NCBI GenBank assembly: GCA_032718475.1
Contig: JAUCBJ010009124.1
Coordinates: forward strand, 1 to 64,000
Direction of reading: 5' to 3'
Length of the DNA: 64,000 nucleotides
DNA from: Nemertoderma westbladi
Lineage: Eukaryota > Animalia > Xenacoelomorpha
This document shows positions 12,444 to 26,600 of this stretch, one piece after another. A program made the position numbers and the translations under genes. The notes under the pieces were generated by a model. The model had not been told where the DNA came from and made no database searches. It saw nothing but the letters and a program-made list of their open reading frames with translations. Each line of letters begins with the position of its first letter. The first letter of the stretch is position 1.

Positions 12444-15400
12444 GTAGGTTGGCCAAACTGGGGTAAGTTGGTACAAACTGGGGTAGGTTGGTACAAACTG
12501 AGGTAGGTTGGTACAAACCGAGGTAGGTTTGTACAAACCGAGGTAGGTTGGTACAAACCGAGGTAGGTTGTTACAAACTGAGGTAGGTTGGTACAAACCG
12601 TGTAGGTTGGTACAAACCGAGGTAAGTTGGTACAAACCGAGGTAGGTTTGTACAAACCGAGGTAGGTTGGTACAAACTGATTGTAGGTTAGTACAAACTG
12701 GGGTAGGTTGGTACAAACCGAGGTAGGTTGGTACAAACTGGGGTAGGTTGGTACAAACTGGGGTAGGTTGGTACAAACTGATTGTAGGTTAGTACAAACC
12801 GAGATAGGTTGTTACAAACCGAGGTAGGTTGGTACAAACTGGGGTAGGTTGGTACAAACCGAGGTAGGTTGGTACAAACCGAGGTAGGTTGTTACAAACC
12901 GAGTAGGTTGGTACAAACCGAGGTAGGTTGGTACAAACTGGGGTAGGTTGGTACAAACTGATTGTAGGTTAGTACAAACCGAGATAGGTTGTTACAAACC
13001 GAGGTAGGTTGGTACAAACTGGGGTAGGTTGGTACAAACCGAGGTAGGTTGGTACAAACCGAGGTAGGTTGGTACAAACCGAGGTAGGTTGGTACAAACC
13101 GAGGTAGGTTGGTACAAACCGAGGTAGGTTGGTACAAACCGAGGTAGGTTGGTACAAACCGTGTAGGTTGGTACAAACCGAGGTAGGTTGGTACAAACCG
13201 TGTAGGTTGGTACAAACCGAGGTAGGTTGGTACAAACTGAGGTAGGTTGGTACAAACCGAGGTAGGCTGGTACAAACCGAGGTAGGTTGGTATAAACCGA
13301 GGTAGGTTGGTACAAACCGAGGTAGGTTGGTACAAACTGGGGTAGGTTGGTACAAACCGAGGTAGGTTGGTACAAACCGTGTAGGTTGGTACAAACGGAG
13401 GTAGGTTGGTACAAACCGAGGTAGGTTGTTACTAACCGAGGTAGGTTGGTACACACCGAGGTACGTTGGTACAAACCGAGGTAGGTTGGTACAAACCGAG
13501 GTAGGTTGGTATAAACTGGGGTAGGTTGGTACAAACCGAGATAGGTTGGTACAAACCGAGGTAGGTTGTTACAAACTGAGGTAGGTTGGTACAAACCGAG
13601 GTAGGTTTGTACAAACCGAGGTAGGTTGGTACAAACCGAGGTAGGTTGTTACAAACTGAGGTAGGTTGGTACAAACCGTGTAGGTTGGTACAAACCGAGG
13701 TAGGTTGGTACAAACCGAGGTAGGTTGGTACAAACTGGGGTAGGTTGGTACAAACTGATTGTAGGTTGGTACAAACCGAGGTAGGTTGGTACAAACTGGG
13801 GTAGGTTTGTACAAACCGAGGTAGGTTGGTACAAACTGGGGTAGGTTGGTACAAACTGATTGTAGGTTGGTACAAACCGAGGTAGGTTGGTACAAACTGG
13901 GGTAGGTTTGTACAAACCGAGTAGGTTGGTACAAACCGAGGTAGGTTTGTACAAACCGAGGTAGGTTGGTACAAACTGGGGTAGGTTGGTACAAACTGAT
14001 TGTAGGTTGGTACAAACCGAGGTAGGTTGGTACAAACTGGGGTAGGTTTGTACAAACCGAGGTAGGTTGTTACAAACCGAGGTAGGTTGGTACAAACCGA
14101 GGTAGGTTGTTACAAACCGAGTAGGTTGGTAAAAACCGAGGTAGGTTGGTACAAACCGAGGTAGGTTGGTACAAACTGCGGTAGGTTGGTACAAACCGAG
14201 GTAGGTTGGTACAAACTGAGGTAGGTTGGTACAAACTGGGGTAGGTTGGTACAAACCGAGGTAGGTTGGTACAAACCGTGTAGGTTGGTACAAACCGAGG
14301 TAGGTTGGTACAAACTGATTGTAGGTTGGTACAAACTGGGGTAGGTTGGTACAAACCGAGGTAGGTTGGTACAAACCGAGGTAGGTTGGTACAAACTGGG
14401 GTAGGTTGGTACAAACTGATTGTAGGTTGGTACAAACCGAGGTAGGTTGGTACAAACTGGGGTAGGTTTGTACAAACCGAGGTAGGTTGGTACAAACTGG
14501 GGTAGGTTGGTACAAACCGAGGTAGGTTGGTACAAACCGTGTAGGTTGGTACAAACCGAGGTAGGTTGGTACAAACTGATTGTAGGTTGGTACAAACTGG
14601 GGTAGGTTGGTACAAACCGAGGTAGGTTTGTACAAACCGAGGTAGGTTGTTACAAACCGAGTAGGTTGGTACAAACCGAGGTAGGTTTGTACAAACCGAG
14701 GTAGGTTGGTACAAACCGAGGTAGGTTGTTACAAACCGAGTAGGTTGGTACAAACCGAGGTAGGTTGTTACAAACCGAGTAGGTTGGTACAAACCGAGGT
14801 AGGTTGTTACAAACCGAGTAGGTTGGTACAAACCGAGGTAGGTTGTTACAAACCGAGTAGGTTGGTATAAACCGAGGTAGGTTGGTACAAACTGGGGTAG
14901 GTTGGTACAAACCGAGGTAGGTTGGTACAAACCGTGTAGGTTGGTACAAACCGAGGTAGGTTGGTACAAACTGATTGTAGGTTGGTACAAACTGGGGTAG
15001 GTTGGTACAAACCGAGGTAGGTTGGTACAAACCGAGGTAGGTTGGTACAAACCGAGGTAGGTTGGTACAAACCGAGGTAGGTTGGTACAAACCGAGGTAG
15101 GTTGGTACAAACCGAGGTAGGTTGGTACAAACTGGGGTAGGTTGGTACAAACCGAGGTAGGTTGGTACAAACCGAGGTAGGTTGGTACAACCCGAGGTAG
15201 GTTAGTTCAAACCGAGGTAGGTTGGTACAAACCGAGGTAGGTTGGTACAAACCGAGGTAGGTTGTTACAAACCGAGGTAGGTTGGTACAAACTGGGGTAG
15301 GTTGGTACAAACCGAGGTAGGTTGGTACAAACCGAGTAGGTTGTTACAAACCGAGGTAGGTTGGTACAAACCGAGGTAGGTTGTTACAAACCGAGGTAGG

Positions 15401-18400
15401 TTGGTACAAACTGGGGTAGGTTGGTACAAACCGAGGTAGGTTGGTACAAACCGAGTAGGTTGTTACAAACCGAGGTAGGTTGGTACAATCTGGGGTAGGT
15501 TGGTACAAACCGAGGTAGGTTGGTACAAACCGAGGTAGGTTGGTACAAACCGAGGTAGGTTGGTACAAACCGAGGTAGGTTGGTACAAACTGGGGTAGGT
15601 TTGTACAAACCGAGTAGGTTGGTACAAACCGAGGTAGGTTTGTACAAACCGAGGTAGGTTGGTACAAACTGGGGTAGGTTGGTACAAACTGATTGTAGGT
15701 TGGTACAAACCGAGGTAGGTTGGTACAAACTGGGGTAGGTTTGTACAAACCGAGGTAGGTTGTTACAAACCGAGTAGGTTGGTACAAACCGAGGTAGGTT
15801 GTTACAAACCGAGTAGGTTGGTAAAAACCGAGGTAGGTTGGTACAAACCGAGGTAGGTTGGTACAAACTGCGGTAGGTTGGTACAAACCGAGGTAGGTTG
15901 GTACAAACTGAGGTAGGTTGGTACAAACTGGGGTAGGTTGGTACAAACCGAGGTAGGTTGGTACAAACCGAGGTAGGTTGGTACAAACTGATTGTAGGTT
16001 GGTACAAACTGGGGTAGGTTGGTACAAACCGAGGTAGGTTGGTACAAACCGAGGTAGGTTGGTACAAACCGAGGTAGGTTGGTACAAACCGAGGTAGGTT
16101 GGTACAAACCGAGGTAGGTTGGTACAAACCGAGGTAGGTTGGTACAAACTGGGGTAGGTTGGTACAAACCGAGGTAGGTTGGTACAAACCGAGGTAGGTT
16201 GGTACAACCCGAGGTAGGTTAGTTCAAACCGAGGTAGGTTGGTACAAACCGAGGTAGGTTGGTACAAACCGAGGTAGGTTGGTACAAACCGAGGTAGGTT
16301 GGTACAAACCGAGGTAGGTTGTTACAAACCGAGGTAGGTTGGTACAAACTGGGGTAGGTTGGTACAAACCGAGGTAGGTTGGTACAAACCGAGTAGGTTG
16401 TTACAAACCGAGGTAGGTTGGTACAAACCGAGGTAGGTTGTTACAAACCGAGGTAGGTTGGTACAAACTGGGGTAGGTTGGTACAAACCGAGGTAGGTTG
16501 GTACAAACCGAGTAGGTTGTTACAAACCGAGGTAGGTTGGTACAATCTGGGGTAGGTTGGTACAAACCGAGGTAGGTTGGTACAAACCGAGGTAGGTTGG
16601 TACAAACCGAGGTAGGTTGGTACAAACCGAGGTAGGTTGGTACAAACCGAGGTAGGTTGGTACAAACTGGGGTAGGTTGGTACAAACCGAGGTAGGTTGG
16701 TACAAACCGAGGTAGGTTGGTACAAACCGAGGTAGGTTGGTACAACCCGAGGTAGGTTAGTACAAACCGAGGTAGTTTGGTACAAACCGAGGTAGGTTGG
16801 TACAAACCGAGGTAGGTTGGTACAAACCGAGGTAGGTTGGTACAAACCGAGGTAGGTTGTTACAAACCGAGTAGGTTGGTACAAACCGAGGTAGGTTTGT
16901 ACAAACCGAGGTAGGTTGGTACAAACTGGGGTAGGTTGGTACAAACTGATTGTAGGTTGGTACAAACCGAGGTAGGTTGGTACAAACTGGGGTAGATTTG
17001 TACAAACCGAGGTAGGTTGTTACAAACCGAGTAGGTTGGTACAAACCGAGGTAGGTTGTTACAAACCGAGTAGGTTGTTACAAACCGAGTAGGTTAGTAC
17101 AAACCGAGGTAGGTTGGTACAAACCGAGGTAGGTTGGTATAAACCGAGGTAGGTTGGTACAAACCGAGGTAGGTTGGTACAAACTGGGGTAGGTTGGTAC
17201 AAACCGAGGTAGGTTGGTACAAACCGAGGTAGGTTGGTACAAACCGTGTAGGTTGGTACAAACCGAGGTAGGTTGGTACAAACCGTGTAGGTTGGTACAA
17301 ACCGAGGTAGGTTGGTACAAACTGAGGTAGGTTGGTACAAACCGAGGTAGGCTGGTACAAACCGAGGTAGGTTGGTATAAACCGAGGTAGGTTGGTACAA
17401 ACCGAGGTAGGTTGGTACAAACTGGGGTAGGTTGGTACAAACCGAGGTAGGTTGGTACAAACCGAGGTAGGTTGGTACAAACCGTGTAGGTTGGTACAAA
17501 CGGAGGTAGGTTGGTACAAACCGAGGTAGGTTGTTACTAACCGAGGTAGGTTGGTACACACCGAGGTACGTTGGTACAAACCGAGGTAGGTTGGTACAAA
17601 CCGAGGTAGGTTGGTATAAACTGGGGTAGGTTGGTACAAACCGAGGTAGGTTGGTATAAACTGGGGTAGGTTGGTACAAACCGAGGTAGGTTGTTACAAA
17701 CTGAGGTAGGTTGGTACAAACCGAGGTAGGTTGTTACAAACTGAGGTAGGTTGGTACAAACCGAGGTAGGTTTGTACAAACCGAGGTAGGTTGGTACAAA
17801 CCGAGGTAGGTTGTTACAAACCGAGGTAGGTTGGTACAAACCGTGTAGGTTGGTACAAACCGAGGTAGGTTGGTACAAACCGAGGTAGGTTGGTACAAAC
17901 TGGGATAGGTTGGTACAAACTGATTGTAGGTTGGTACAAACCGAGGTAGGTTGGTACAAACTGGGGTAGGTTTGTACAAACCGAGGTAGGTTGTTACAAA
18001 CCGAGTAGGTTGGTACAAACCGAGGTAGGTTTGTACAAACCGAGGTAGGTTGGTACAAACTGGGGTAGGTTGGTACAAACCGAGGTAGGTTGGTACAAAC
18101 CGTGTAGGTTGGTACAAACCGAGGTAGGTTGGTACAAACTGATTGTAGGTTGGTACAAACTGGGGTAGGTTGGTACAAACCGAGGTAGGTTGGTACAAAC
18201 CGAGGTAGGTTGGTACAAACCGAGGTAGGTTGGTACAAACCGAGGTAGGTTGGTACAAACCGAGGTAGGTTGGTACAAACCGAGGTAGGTTGGTACAAAC
18301 CGAGGTAGGTTGGTACAAACTGGGGTAGGTTGGTACAAACCGAGGTAGGTTGGTACAAACCGAGGTAGGTTGGTACAACCCGAGGTAGGTTAGTACAAAC

Positions 18401-21400
18401 CGAGGTAGGTTGGTACAAACCGAGGTAGGTTGGTACAAACCGAGGTAGGTTGGTACAAACTGGGGTAGGTTGGTTCAAACTGGGGTAGGTTGGTACAAAC
18501 CGAGGTAGGTTGGTACAAACCGAGTAGGTTGTTACAAACCGAGGTAGGTTGGTACAATCTGGGTTAGGTTGGTACAAACCGAGGTAGGTTGGTACAAACC
18601 GAGGTAGGTTGGTACAAACCGAGGTAGGTTGGTACAAACCGAGGTAGGTTGGTACAAACCGAGGTAGGTTGGTACAACCCGAGGTAGGTTAGTACAAACC
18701 GAGGTAGGTTGGTACAAACCGAGGTAGGTTGGTACAAACCGAGGTAGGTTGGTACAAACTGGGGTAGGTTGGTACAAACTGGGGTAGGTTGGTACAAACC
18801 GAGGTAGGTTGGTACAAACCGAGTAGGTTGTTACAAACCGAGGTAGGTTGGTACAATCTGGGGTAGGTTGGTACAAACCGAGGTAGGTTGGTACAAACCG
18901 AGGTAGGTTGGTACAAACCGAGGTAGGTTGGTACAAACCGAGGTAGGTTGGTACAAACCGAGGTAGGTTGGTACAAACTGGGGTAGGTTGGTACAAACCG
19001 AGGTAGGTTGGTACAAACCGAGGTAGGTTGGTACAAACCGAGGTAGGTTGGTACAACCCGAGGTAGGTTAGTACAAACCGAGGTAGTTTGGTACAAACCG
19101 AGGTAGGTTGGTACAAACCGAGGTAGGTTGGTACAAACCGAGGTAGGTTGGTACAAACCGAGGTAGGTTGTTACAAACCGAGTAGGTTGGTACAAACCGA
19201 GGTAGGTTTGTACAAACCGAGGTAGGTTGGTACAAACTGGTGTAGGTTGGTACAAACTGATTGTAGGTTGGTACAAACCGAGGTAGGTTGGTACAAACTG
19301 GGGTAGGTTTGTACAAACCGAGGTAGGTTGTTACAAACCGAGTAGGTTGGTACAAACCGAGGTAGGTTGGTACAAACTGAGGTAGGTTTGTACAAACCGA
19401 GGTAGGTTGGTACAAACCGAGGTAGGTTGGTACAAACCGTGTAGGTTGGTACAAACCGAGGTAGGTTGGTACAAACTGATTGTAGGTTGGTACAAACTGG
19501 GGTAGGTTGGTACAAACCGAGGTAGGTTGGTACAAACCGAGATAGGTTGGTACAAACTAAGGTAGGTTGGTACAAACCGAGGTAGGTTGGTACAAACCGA
19601 GTTAGGTTGTTACAAACCGAGTAGGTTGTTACAAACCGAGGTAGGTTGGTACAAACCGAGGTAGGTTGGTACAAACTGGGGTAGGTTGGTACAAACCGAG
19701 GTAGGTTGGTACAAACTGAGGTAGGTTGGTACAAACTGAGGTAGGTTTGTACAAACCGAGGTAGGTTGGTACAAACTGGGGTAGGTTGGTACAAACCGAG
19801 GTAGGTTGGTACAAACCGAGATAGGTTTGTACAAACTGAGGTAGGTTTGTACAAACCGAGGTAGGTTGGTACAAACCGAGGTAGGTTGGTACAAACCGTG
19901 TAGGTTGGTACAAACCGAGGTAGGTTGGTACAAACTGATTGTAGGTTGGTACAAACTGGGGTAGGTTGGTACAAACCGAGGTAGGTTGGTACAAACCGAG
20001 ATAGGTTGGTACAAACTAAGGTAGGTTGGTACAAACCGAGGTAGGTTGGTACAAACCGAGTTAGGTTGTTACAAACCGAGTAGGTTGTTACAAACCGAGG
20101 TAGGTTGGTACAAACCGAGGTAGGTTGGTACAAACTGGGGTAGGTTGGTACAAACCGAGGTAGGTTGGTACAAACTGAGGTAGGTTGGTACAAACTGAGG
20201 TAGGTTGGTATAAACCGAGGTAGGTTGATACAAACGGAGGTAGGTTGGTACAAACCGAGGTAGGCTGGTACAAACCGAGGTAGGTTGGTACAAACCGAGG
20301 TAGGTTGTTACAAACCGAGGTAGGTTGTTACAAACCGAGTAGGTTGTTACAAACCGAGTAGGTTGTTACAAACCGAGTAGGTTGGTATAAACCGAGGTAG
20401 GTTGGTACAAACCGAGGTAGGTTGGTACAAACTGGGGTAGGTTGGTACAAACCGAGGTAGGTTGGTACAAACCGAGGTAGGTTGGTACAAACCGTGTAGG
20501 TTGGTACAAACCGAGGTAGGTTGGTACAAACCGTGTAGGTTGGTACAAACCGAGGTAGGTTGGTACAAACTGAGGTAGGTTGGTACAAACCGAGGTAGGC
20601 TGGTACAAACCGAGGTAGGTTGGTATAAACCGAGGTAGGTTGGTACAAACCGAGGTAGGTTGGTACAAACTGGGGTAGGTTGGTATAAACCGAGGTAGGT
20701 TGGTACAAACCGAGGTAGGTTGGTACAAACCGTGTAGGTTGGTACAAACCGAGGTAGGTTGGTACAAACCGAGGTAGGTTGGTACAAACCGTGTAGGTTG
20801 GTACAAACCGTTTAGGTTGGTACAAACCGAGGTAGGTTGGTACAAACCGAGGTAGGTTTGTACAAACCGAGGTAGGTTGGTATAAACTGGGGTAGGTTGG
20901 TACAAACTGAGGTAGGTTGGTACAAACTGAGGTAGGTTGGTACAAACCGAGGTAGGTTGTTTCAAACTGAGGTAGGTTGGTACAAACCGTGTAGGTTGGT
21001 ACAAACTGAGGTAGGTTGTTACAAACCGAGGTAGGTTGGTACAAACCGAGGTAGGTTGTTACAAACCGAGGTAGGTTGGTACAAACCGAGGTAGGTTGGT
21101 ACAAACCGAGGTAGGCTGGTACAAACCGAGGTAGGTTGGTATAAACCGAGGTAGGTTGGTACAAACCGAGGTAGGTTGGTACAAACTGGGGTAGGTTGGT
21201 ATAAACCGAGGTAGGTTGGTACAAACCGAGGTAGGTTGGTACAAACCGTGTAGGTTGGTACAAACCGAGGTAGGTTGGTACAAACCGAGGTAGGTTGGTA
21301 CAAACCGTGTAGGTTGGTACAAACCGTTTAGGTTGGTACAAACCGAGGTAGGTTGGTACAAACCGAGGTAGGTTTGTACAAACCGAGGTAGGTTGGTATA

Positions 21401-22096
21401 AACTGGGGTAGGTTGGTACAAACTGAGGTAGGTTGGTACAAACCGAGGTAGGTTGGTATAAACCGAGGTAGGTTGGTACAAACCGAGGTAGGTTGGTACA
21501 AACTGGGGTAGGTTGGTATAAACCGAGGTAGGTTGGTACAAACCGAGGTAGGTTGGTACAAACCGTGTAGGTTGGTACAAACCGAGGTAGGTTGGTACAA
21601 ACCGAGGTAGGTTGGTACAAACCGTGTAGGTTGGTACAAACCGTTTAGGTTGGTACAAACCGAGGTAGGTTGGTACAAACCGAGGTAGGTTTGTACAAAC
21701 CGAGGTAGGTTGGTATAAACTGGGGTAGGTTGGTACAAACTGAGGTAGGTTGGTACAAACTGAGGTAGGTTGGTACAAACCGAGGTAGGTTGTTTCAAAC
21801 TGAGGTAGGTTGGTACAAACCGTGTAGGTTGGTACAAACTGAGGTAGGTTGTTACAAACCGAGGTAGGTTGGTACAAACCGAGGTAGGTTGTTACAAACT
21901 GAGGTAGGTTGGTACAAACTGAGGTAGGTTGGTACAAACCGAGGTAGGTTGGTACAAACCGTGTAGGTTGGTACAAACTGAGGTAGGTTGTTACAAACCG
22001 AGGTAGGTTGGTACAAACCGAGGTAGGTTGTTACAAACCGAGGTAGGTTGGTACAAACCGAGGTAGGTTGGTACAAACCGAGGGTAGGTTGGTATA
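12431..22096 (+). repeat. 20-bp minisatellite (~480 copies, 9.7 kb) made of the last 13 exon nt plus the splice donor
   Basis: Unit GGTACAAACCGAG|gtaggtt; the first copy is the real exon/intron junction at 12443/12444. Confidence 0.96.
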
Positions 22097-22180
22097 CTAA
22101 TTATAATACAAAATATACTTTGATAGTTTTTGTGTTTATAATCCTTTAATTATTAACCAGATATATTTGTAAATTTGCAG

Positions 22181-22249
22181 GACCAATACGCGTTGTGTTA
22201 TAAAGCGGCATTGGAATACGTTGGCAGTTACGATCAGTATTTATCCTAG
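22181..22249 (+). CDS. Lar: LAR-family PTP terminal exon
   Basis: tgcag|GACCAA...TAG; DQYALCYKAALEYVGSYDQYLS*, matching the LAR C-terminal pattern. AATAAA follows at ~22332. Confidence 0.93.
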   Translation, partial: DQYALCYKAALEYVGSYDQYLS

Positions 22250-23409
22250 CCGGTGCGAGCCGTGGTTGTTGCTATAGAAACAGGTCATCTTCCAGCTGTT
22301 TAACTGGTTGAGGAATGTGTTGGGTTTATAGAATAAAACCGTTTCCTCTTAGTAATTTAAATTGTTTCGAACATTATTTTGTTTTTCTTGCTTTTAAAGT
22401 TTCTTTTTGTATTGAATTCTGTTTTGTTTATAAAGTTATTAATTGATTTTAAGTGCTTATAAGTATAATAATTAATTATGTTAAATGTATATAAATTATT
22501 TGAATGTTTGTTAAAAAGTAATTATGTTAAGTAATTATTTGTTCGTTAAAAGTTGCACATTTTCTAAAGTTATATTGGGTGCAATGCCTAGTGCGTGCAA
22601 TTAAAGTAGTGCAATGAGTTTATCAAGTCAGTCTTCGAATTGATTGAAAATTAATGTTTTTTTTATACATTATTTACTATTATTGTTATTTTCTAAGCTA
22701 ATTAATTCTAACTTGTGTTGGGGGGTAACCCCTTTTGTTTAATTTATGTTCTGTAATCGTAAACATAATTTATTACAATTCGATCTCAAACACTCATTAT
22801 TATAATTATACCGCATACAAATACAGGCAATATAAAGGCAAATAAAGGGTCGTATGTGTATCAAGTAGAAAAACCGAAAACCGAAAAACTTACTAACTCA
22901 GCTAATTGAGAATTTTCATTTTCCATAAAAATCTGGCGCTATTTAATTATAAAAAAAAGTGAAACAAATCTTACCATGCGACTGCCATGTCAACTGACAG
23001 AGGCAGAAAGAATTTCACGGTTTCAGATGAGTTGGCCCGCTGTTTATTACCGTAACAATCGCTTTAATCTAAATGTAAGGCTATCGACCAACTGTATTCT
23101 ATGTAGAATTTTAATGCTACGGTACCGATATACCTAAAATAGATTATCATATCATTAAAATCAATAGAATACATTCGTCGTATTGATGATAATGTTTCCC
23201 ACCTGAACGAACAAGACTAACCATGTTTCCGTGAATTGGACGAGCGAATAATTATTTCTAACGCCGAAATAAACCTGATAATGTCATTTGTTTATCAGCG
23301 TAGCGATTAATGTCTGTTATTTGGGACATACATTTTTTCATAAATAAAAAATTGCTCAATTCCATTTTTATCTCATCTCATCTGATTTCATTAAATTAAA
23401 TTAAATGTA

Positions 23410-23489
23410 TTTTTTATTATTATTAAGGATGTATTACTGAATTAAATTAATTTTTTATTATTATTAAGGATGTATTACTGAATTAAATT
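23410..23489. repeat. Short AT-rich tandem duplication (~41 bp x2)
   Basis: ttttttattattattaaggatgtattactgaattaaatt occurs twice. Confidence 0.7.
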
Positions 23490-23686
23490 TGAATTAAAAA
23501 CTAAAATTACGAAATTTTAATGGACTTTGTTTTTTCGAAATCAGCGATATCGAGCGAGTGTCGTATTTTTCAAGCATTAATACCGTTATTTTACAAAATT
23601 AATTTCAGCACTGTCTGTTATTAATATGTAATAGAATGTCCGCTTTGATTTGATCCGATTTGATTTGGCTATTTGAATGCCTATTT

Positions 23687-26600
23687 GAATGCCTGTTCAC
23701 CACATGGGTGATCTTCCACAGTAAACTCTTCCACTCTGTTTCCTAAAGGAATGCCTGTTCACCACATGGGTGATCTTCCACAGTAAACCCTTCCGCTCTG
23801 TTTCCTAAAGGAATGCCTGTTCACCACCATGGGTGATCTTCCACAGTAAACCCTTCCACTCTCTTTTCCAAAGGAATGCCTGTTCACTACCATGGGTGAT
23901 CTTCCACAGTAAACCCTTCCGCTCTGTTTCCTAAAGGAATGCCTGTTCGCCACCACGAGTGATCTTCCATAGTAAACCCTTCCACTCTCTTTTCCAAAGG
24001 AATGCCTGTTCACTACCATGGGTGATCTTCCACAGTAAACCCTTCCACTCTGTTTCCTAAAGGAATCCCTGTTCACCACCATGGGTGATCTTCCACAGTA
24101 AACCCTTCCACTCTGTTTCCCAAAGGAATGCGTGTTCACCACCATGGGTCATCTTCCACAGTAAACCCTTCCACTCTGCTGTTTCATAAAGGAATGCCTG
24201 TTCACCACCATGGGTGATCTTCCATAGTAAACCCTTCCACTCTGTTTCCTAAAGGAATGCCTGTTCACCACCATGGATGATCTTCCATAGTAAACTCTTC
24301 CACTCTGTTTTCTAAAGGAATGCCTGTTCACCACCATGGGTGATCTTCCACAGTAAACCCTTCCACTCTGTTTCCTAGAGGAATGCCTGTTCAATACAAT
24401 GGGTGATCTTCCACAGTAAACCCTTCCACTCTGTTTCCCAAAGGAATGCCTGTTCACCACCATGGGTGATCTTCCACAGTAAACCCTTCCACTCTGTTTC
24501 CTAAAGGAATGCCTGTTCACTACCATGGGTGATCTTCCACAGTAAATCCTTCCATTATGTTTCCTAAAGGAATGCCTGTTCACCAACATGGGCGATCTTC
24601 CGCAGTAAACCCTTCCACTCTGTTTCCCAAAGGAATGCCTGTTCACCACCATGGGTGATCTTCCACAGTAAACCCTTCCACTCTGTTTCCCAAAGGAATG
24701 CCTGTCCACCACCATGGCTGATCTTCCACAGTAAATCCTTCCATTATGTTTCCTAAAGGAATGCCTGTTCACCACCATGGGTGATCTTCCACAGTAAACC
24801 CTTCCACTCTGTTTCCTAAAGGAATCCCTGTTCATTACCATGGGTGATCTTCCACGTAAACCCTTCCACTCTGTTTCCCAAAGGAATGCGTGTTAACCAC
24901 CATGGGTGATTTTCCACGTAAACCCTTCCACTCTGTTTCCTAGAGGAATGCCTGTTCAACACAATGGGTGATCTTCCACAGTAAACCCTTCCACTCTGTT
25001 TCCTAAAGGAATCCCTGTTCATTACCATGGGTGATCTTCCACGTAAACCCTTCCACTCTGTTTCCCAAAGGAATGCGTGTTAACCACCATGGGTGATTTT
25101 CCACGTAAACCCTTCCACTCTGTTTCCTAGAGGAATGCCTGTTCAACACAATGGGTGATTTTCCACGTAAACCCTTCCACTCTGTTTCCCAAAGGAATGC
25201 CTGTTAACCACCATGGGTGATTTTCCACGTAAACCCTTCCACTCTGTTTCCTAGAGGAATGCCTGTTCAACACAATGGGTGATCTTCCACAGTAAACCCT
25301 TCCACTCTGTTTCCCAAAGGAATGCCTGTTCACCACCATGGGTGATTTTCCACAGTAAACCCTTCCTTCCACTCTGTTTCGCAAAGGAATGCGTGTTAAC
25401 CACCATGGGTGATTTTCCACGTAAACCCTTCCACTCTGTTTCCCAAAGGAATGCCTGTTCACCACCATGGGTGATCTTCCACAGTAAACCCTTCCACTCT
25501 GTTTCCTAGAGGAATGCCTGTTCAACACAATGGGTGATCTTCCACAGTAAACCCTTCCACTCTGTTTCCCAAAGGAATGCCTGTTCACCACCATGGGTGA
25601 TTTTCCACAGTAAACCCTTCCTTCCACTCTGTTTCCCAAAGGAATGCCTGTTCACCACCATGGGTGATCTTCCACAGTAAACCCTTCCACTCTGTTTCCT
25701 AAAGGAATCCCTGTTCATTACCATGGGTGATCTTCCACGTAAACCCTTCCACTCTGTTTCCCAAAGGAATGCCTGTTCACCACCATGGGTGATCTTCCAC
25801 AGTAAACCCTTCCACTCTGTTTCCCAAAGGAATGCCTGTCCACCACCATGGCTGATCTTCCACAGTAAACCCTTCCACCCTGTTGCTTAAAGGAATGCCT
25901 GTTCACCACCATGGGTGATCTTCCACAGTAAACCCTTCCACTCTGTTTCCTAAAGGAATCCCTGTTCACTGCCATGGGTGATCTTCCACGTAAACCCTTC
26001 CACTCTGTTTCCCAAATGAATGCGTGTTAACCACCATGGGTGATTTTCCACGTAAACCCTTCCACTCTGTTTCCTAAAGGAATGCCTGTTCACCACCATG
26101 GGTGATCTTCCTCAGTAAACCCTTCCACTCTGTTTCCCAAAGGAATGCGTGTTCACCACCATGGGTCATCTTCCACATTAAACCCTTCCAATCTGCTGTT
26201 TCCTAAAGGAATGCCTGTTCACCACCATGGGTGATCTTCCACAGTAAACCCTTCCACTCTGTTTCCCAAAGGAATGCGTGTTCACCACCATGGGTCATCT
26301 TCCACATTAAACCCTTCCAATCTGCTGTTTCCTAAAGGAATGCCTGTTCACCACCATGGGTGATCTTCCACAGTAAACCCTTCCACTCTGTTTCCTAAAG
26401 GAATGCCTGTTCACCACCATGGGTGATTTTCCACAGTAAATCCTTCCATTATGTTTCCTAAAGGAATGCCTGTTCACCAACATGGGCGATCTTCCGCAGT
26501 AAACCCTTCCACTCTGTTTCCCAAAGGAATGCCTGTTCACCACCATGGGTGATCTTCCACAGTAAACCCTTCCACTCTGTTTCCCAAAGGAATGCCTGTC

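Noticed and set aside
12431-22096. Telomere-like (TTAGG-related) repeat
   Set aside because: The TAGGTT content is fully explained by the splice-donor sequence from which the unit derives.
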